A stretch of DNA of 63,795 nt, counting the filler, from Licmophora abbreviata (taxonomy: Eukaryota), in assembly GCA_900291995.1 (NCBI GenBank). It is 10 parts of 10 records of this genome, joined end to end, with 100 filler letters (N's around TTAATTAATTAA, not from the genome) between each part and the next. Parts side by side here need not be neighbours in the genome. Positions count along the whole stretch, not along the records: positions 57,337 to 63,795 come from OLMU01000550.1; 9 more parts are not named here. The stretch is one strand, 5' to 3'. Shown in pieces: positions 59,713 to 63,795 of the stretch. Made by a program: the position numbers and the translations under genes. The notes beneath the pieces are model-generated. The model did not search any database. It saw only the letters and a list, made by a program, of their open reading frames with translations, and was not told where the DNA came from. Within the stretch, counting starts at the first letter, position 1; every line of letters begins with the position of its first letter.

Positions 59713-60459
59713 TTAGCTCCCACCGCCCCCACCCGGCTTTCGCTGTGCTCGCGCATGCGTCACCTTCAAGTACTGAGCGTGAATGAGATCGAGAAATCGT
59801 TCGTCCTGAACAAGAGACAATAACGCTAGCTGCAACGACTTCTTGTCGAGGACGGGCGCTGTCTCGGCTGCTGACGATGATGGCGTGTTGTGACGGCTAC
59901 TATCACCAGAAGCAGAGGTTGTCGATGGGGATTCCTGTCGAGCTGCTGCGGTAGTAGTTGGAATATGACTCCTCGCAGCGGGCTGAGTCGAGCTACCGCC
60001 GCTGGAGTCACCAGAATTCAAAGAAACACTCTGCAGGAGCGCTTCTGTCGCTGTCGTCGGATCAACTTCGAGAGACTGCACGACTCTCGTCAATAAGGTT
60101 GCCATATCTGTCCGTTCTTTGGGACTGTGAAACCATATTCCCTTTATGGTGTCGTTCTGGCGGAAGATGAGATAAGGGTCCTTGTGTTGCAGTTGAAAGC
60201 GTGCGGTCACATCGAGCTGGAAATTGTCAGGGCTCGAGCGATTCAAGACAATCAAACGAAACCTGGGGAGCGAATTGCGCTTCACGAGAAAGAGGCTGCC
60301 TTCGACGTCGAGCTTCTCCCACTTTTGATGCTGTCGATGAAATTCGTACAACACGACGTGAGTGGCGTGGCCAAGAATATCGTCAATTGCCGAGTCGGAT
60401 CGCTGAAGAACTCGCAAATTCGCCTTTTTCCGAGCGTCTTCTGTCAAACTAGCAGCCAT
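59713..60459 (-). CDS. DCP1: mRNA decapping cofactor (EVH1 domain)
   Basis: NLRVLQR.D..I..IL..ATHVVLYEF..WEK.DVEGSLF..LNR..GIWF; C-terminal LQLALLSLVQDERFLD trimerisation-like helix. Confidence 0.9.
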   Translation of the reverse strand: MAASLTEDARKKANLRVLQRSDSAIDDILGHATHVVLYEFHRQHQKWEKLDVEGSLFLVKRNSLPRFRLIVLNRSSPDNFQLDVTARFQLQHKDPYLIFRQNDTIKGIWFHSPKERTDMATLLTRVVQSLEVDPTTATEALLQSVSLNSGDSSGGSSTQPAARSHIPTTTAAARQESPSTTSASGDSSRHNTPSSSAAETAPVLDKKSLQLALLSLVQDERFLDLIHAQYLKVTHARAQRKPGGGGGS

Positions 60460-60863
60460 GCTTGTTTTCAAACGTAATTTAGACCCAAGAACTCTTGTCG
60501 AAACAGGACAACGAGTCCAAAGAACGCAACGTGGCGGAGAGAGATGAGAGACGGTGTGGTCCTGCTGTTTTCAGTTTGTGACTTGACGAGTGTGGCGAGC
60601 GCAGCAAAGACCGAACTTTGGGAATCTGGAATCTATGATATCTCCAGCAACCACCAGATGAACGAGCTCGCGAGCTCCGGAACAATCTCAAATCGCTCTT
60701 CGAGCTTCCTTCGGTTCAAAAATCAAAAAATCAAAAGAAAATACGACACAAACTCACAAATGACCTACTGCGTTGGACAAGAAGCAGTGGACATCCTGTT
60801 TACGCTGTTCTGGCTGCATCGCGCCAGACGTTTTGACTCTCCTCGCTTTCGTTGACTACCAGT

Positions 60864-63238
60864 ATGTCGAAGGAACACCGCTCATCGTCGGTAAAGCTGG
60901 CGGTGTGCAGTTTGCCATCGAATCGGCTTGCACTCACCAACCGCGTCTACGTGGCCCCCGCAACCTTCACGGCCTTGGGCATTTCGGCCGAGAAGTCTCG
61001 CAAACTTGCCTTCGCCAAGGTGGGCTCGCACCTTTACATGATGGAGGCCCATCCTCAAGTCGAGGAAGGTCAGATCGCCATGAATGGGCTACAGAGAAAA
61101 GTAGACGTGCTCAGTCTAGGACATCCCGTGTCGGTCAAGCCATTCCGACCCCCGTCCAACTTTTGCCTAGCGACGCTCGAGTTTACGGTCAATTTGCTAG
61201 CCAAGAAGTCTGCGGCTCCCAATAAGAAACCCAAAGAAATCGACACGGACCGATTGGCAAGCGACGTCTTGCAGAATTTCGAGGAGCAGCCGCTTGAAGT
61301 CGGACGTATCCTGGCCTTGGATTTTGAAGGCGTCAAGGTTGAACTCACCGTGTCGGAGCTGGGAACGGCCGATCTCGCCGACGAGAATGGGAGTGAACCC
61401 ACAAAGGACGACAAGAGAGCTGCAAAGTATGCCAACATGGGACAGCTTCTGCAGCCGACGATCCTCTCATTTCGTCGGGCCGAAGGTGCAAATTCTATTG
61501 CGCTTGTCGGCAATCACGTGGCTGGCGGCGGATCGGCCAACAACATCTTCCTGGCAGACTTTGACTTCGCCAAACTCGGAATTGGGGGATTAGATAGTGA
61601 GTTCAACCAGATCTTTCGTCGCGCCTTTGCGTCCCGTATCTGGCCCGCCCACATTATCCAGCAAATGGGCATCAATCACGTTCGGGGTATGTTGCTATTC
61701 GGACCGCCGGGCTGCGGAAAAACTCTCATTGCGCGACAGATTGGCAAAGTGCTGAACGCTCGTGAGCCCAAGATTGTCAACGGACCTGAGATTCTCAACA
61801 AATTCGTTGGAGGTAGTGAGGAGAAGATTCGCGAGCTGTTTGCGGATGCCGAGAAGGAGCAGCTCGAGGCAGGCGATCATAGCATGCTTCACATTGTCAT
61901 TATGGACGAGATGGATGCTATTTGTAAGCAGCGTGGGAGCGTGCGCGACGGAACGGGAGTTTCCGACTCCGTCGTCAACCAGCTTTTGTCCAAGATCGAT
62001 GGTGTCGATTCGCTCAACAACATTCTGCTCATTGGGATGACGAATCGTAAGGACATGATTGACGACGCCCTGCTCCGTCCTGGACGTCTCGAGGTTCACG
62101 TCGAGATTGGGCTCCCAGACGAAAAAGGGCGATTGCAGATTCTCGACATTCACACTCAGAACATGCGCAAGAACAATCGACTCACGCCTGAGGTTGTCGA
62201 AAAGCTTCCAGTCTTGTCGGAAAAGACCAAGAACTTCTCCGGCGCGGAAATTGAAGGTCTCGTCAAGGCGGCTTCGTCGTATGCACTGACACGTTGTGTC
62301 GATGTCAACGATCTCAGCAAGGCTCCGGATGAGAAGCACTTGATTCTGGAGTACTCTGACTTTGAGCGGGCTCTGATGGATGTCGAGCCTAAGTTTGGCG
62401 CCAAGAGTCAAGAACTCAAGGCGTTCTATCGTAATGGCTTTGTCCCCTACGGTGACTCGTTCGACTTTTTGATGAGCACCATGGAGCGCCTTGTTGAACA
62501 AGGTACGATAAAAGAAACTCCTATAGCGTTTGCGTGCGTGCGTTGATGTCGACATTTCGGTGCCGCTTGCTTACTAACTTCACGCCCCCAACGCAATGTA
62601 TAGTACGAACGTCAACAAAGACTCCGCTGATGAGCGTCTTACTACAAGGCCCCGCAAACTCGGGAAAGACGGCCATCGCCGCCAAGGTTGCTGTGGACTC
62701 GGGCTATCCATTTGTTCGCATGATATCGGCCGATGAAATGATTGGTCATTCTGAAATGGCAAAGTGCCAGACGATCCACAGAGCCTTTTTGGATTCCTAC
62801 AAGTCTCCCCTCTCGCTCATTTTCATAGATGACATTGAACGCATCATTGAATACGTACCGATTGGACCCCGTTTCTCCAATACTGTGCTTCAGACTTTGC
62901 TTGTGCTGCTGAAGAAGGTTCCTCCCGACGAAGGACGTCGCTTGTTGGTGATTGGCACGACGAGTTGCCCCCACTTGTTGGAAGATCTTGGCTTGATTCA
63001 AGCCTTCGGAGTAAGTCAGAGCATTCCGCTTCTGGAAGAACCTTCACAGATCGTTGAGGTTCTACGCGTCGCAGCCCACACGACGGAACGGGACGCGGAA
63101 GCGATTGCCAATGCCATCACCAAACCAATTGGCATCAAGCAGTTGCTGATGGTGGCGGAAATGGCCAAGCAAGGGTCGAGTGGAGAGGCGGTGGACGTGA
63201 ACGTCTTTATGGAGTGCCTCCACACGGTTGGGTATTGA
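60864..63238 (+). CDS. NSF: Vesicle-fusing AAA+ ATPase
   Basis: GIGGLDSEF..FRRAFASR, GPPGCGKT, DEMDAIC and LLRPGR; D2 domain GPANSGKT and DDIE; intron 62503-62603. Confidence 0.97.
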
Positions 63239-63357
63239 AATGAAGGACCAATGCCATGATGTGCGTTGCAGTGATAGACTCTACAGTAGTAGAAGTATCG
63301 ATTATATTTGGATAGACTACCGGCTTCAAATCTCTTCGAACTACAAATAGTTGAAAA

Positions 63358-63795
63358 TCAGTTTGCCCCATCCTTGCTGCGCTCCAAGCCCGCTTCTGGT
63401 TTGAAAGATTGGAAGTGTACGGTCTGTGTCCCCGCCGCTACATCATAGTCGATGCACGTAACAGAAGCGGTGGCAATCTTCAAGCCGGCCATTTTGTTGG
63501 TTGGGATATCAAGGGCGTCGCTCAGAAAGCATCGCGTCACTTGCAAGTGCGACACCAGAGCGGCGGCCTTTCCAGCTTCCGTCTGTCCCAACAATTCGTC
63601 GCGTGCTTTCAAGACGCGCTTCTTCAAGGCAGGATAGGACTCGCCTCCATCTGGCGTCACACTCTCATCGCAGGCATCAAATCGCGCCATCATGTCTGCC
63701 CCTATCTCACCCTTTGTCTTTCCGCACCTGCTGCTTTCTGTTCAGGGTTGGGCATGACATGCGATTTCGACTTGAAAATAGGTCTTTTCGGTGGC
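63358..63795 (-). CDS. Histidine phosphatase/phosphoglycerate-mutase family, 3' part only
   Basis: GGES....RV..LVSH motif. A probable acceptor lies near 63728 and the 5' exon is beyond the window. Confidence 0.7.

Noticed and set aside
58660..62555. Long antisense ORFs over PP2C (58660-59655) and NSF (61695-62555)
   Set aside because: They lie opposite well-supported conserved genes and have shadow-like composition.

Overview
Gene-dense eukaryotic nuclear DNA, almost certainly from a diatom. The evidence is short GT-AG introns, bipartite signal peptide + ASAF(AP)-type plastid presequences, a nuclear red-lineage atpC and DUF6824-type domains. About 33 protein genes are supported, including a plastid-targeted superoxide reductase, DPH6, GT8, a formin, a USP, a DEAD-box helicase, a VOC/epimerase, a large LRR protein, an S10 carboxypeptidase, alpha-tubulin, an FGGY kinase-RPE fusion, UBC13, UPM1, atpC, cyclin B, PP2C, DCP1 and NSF. 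Nine 100-nt scaffold gaps carry an artificial TTAATTAATTAA linker. No rRNA, tRNA, CRISPR array or transposon was recognised. The most interesting signals are absent from the ORF track and come from manual splicing: (1) an inverted pair of unknown paralogous thylakoid-targeted genes sharing the C-terminus AKKQWHVEVY and bracketing a plastid-gene-rich block; (2) a spliced miniature plastid [2Fe-2S] protein head-to-head with atpC; (3) an FGGY-RPE fusion whose linker contains a ubiquitin-like LRGG; (4) a plastid superoxide reductase with a full ligand set; (5) an F-box/Lon-N protein head-to-head with UBC13; (6) a formin with no poly-proline FH1. Intron coordinates were read by eye and family calls come from remembered motifs; no database searches were run.
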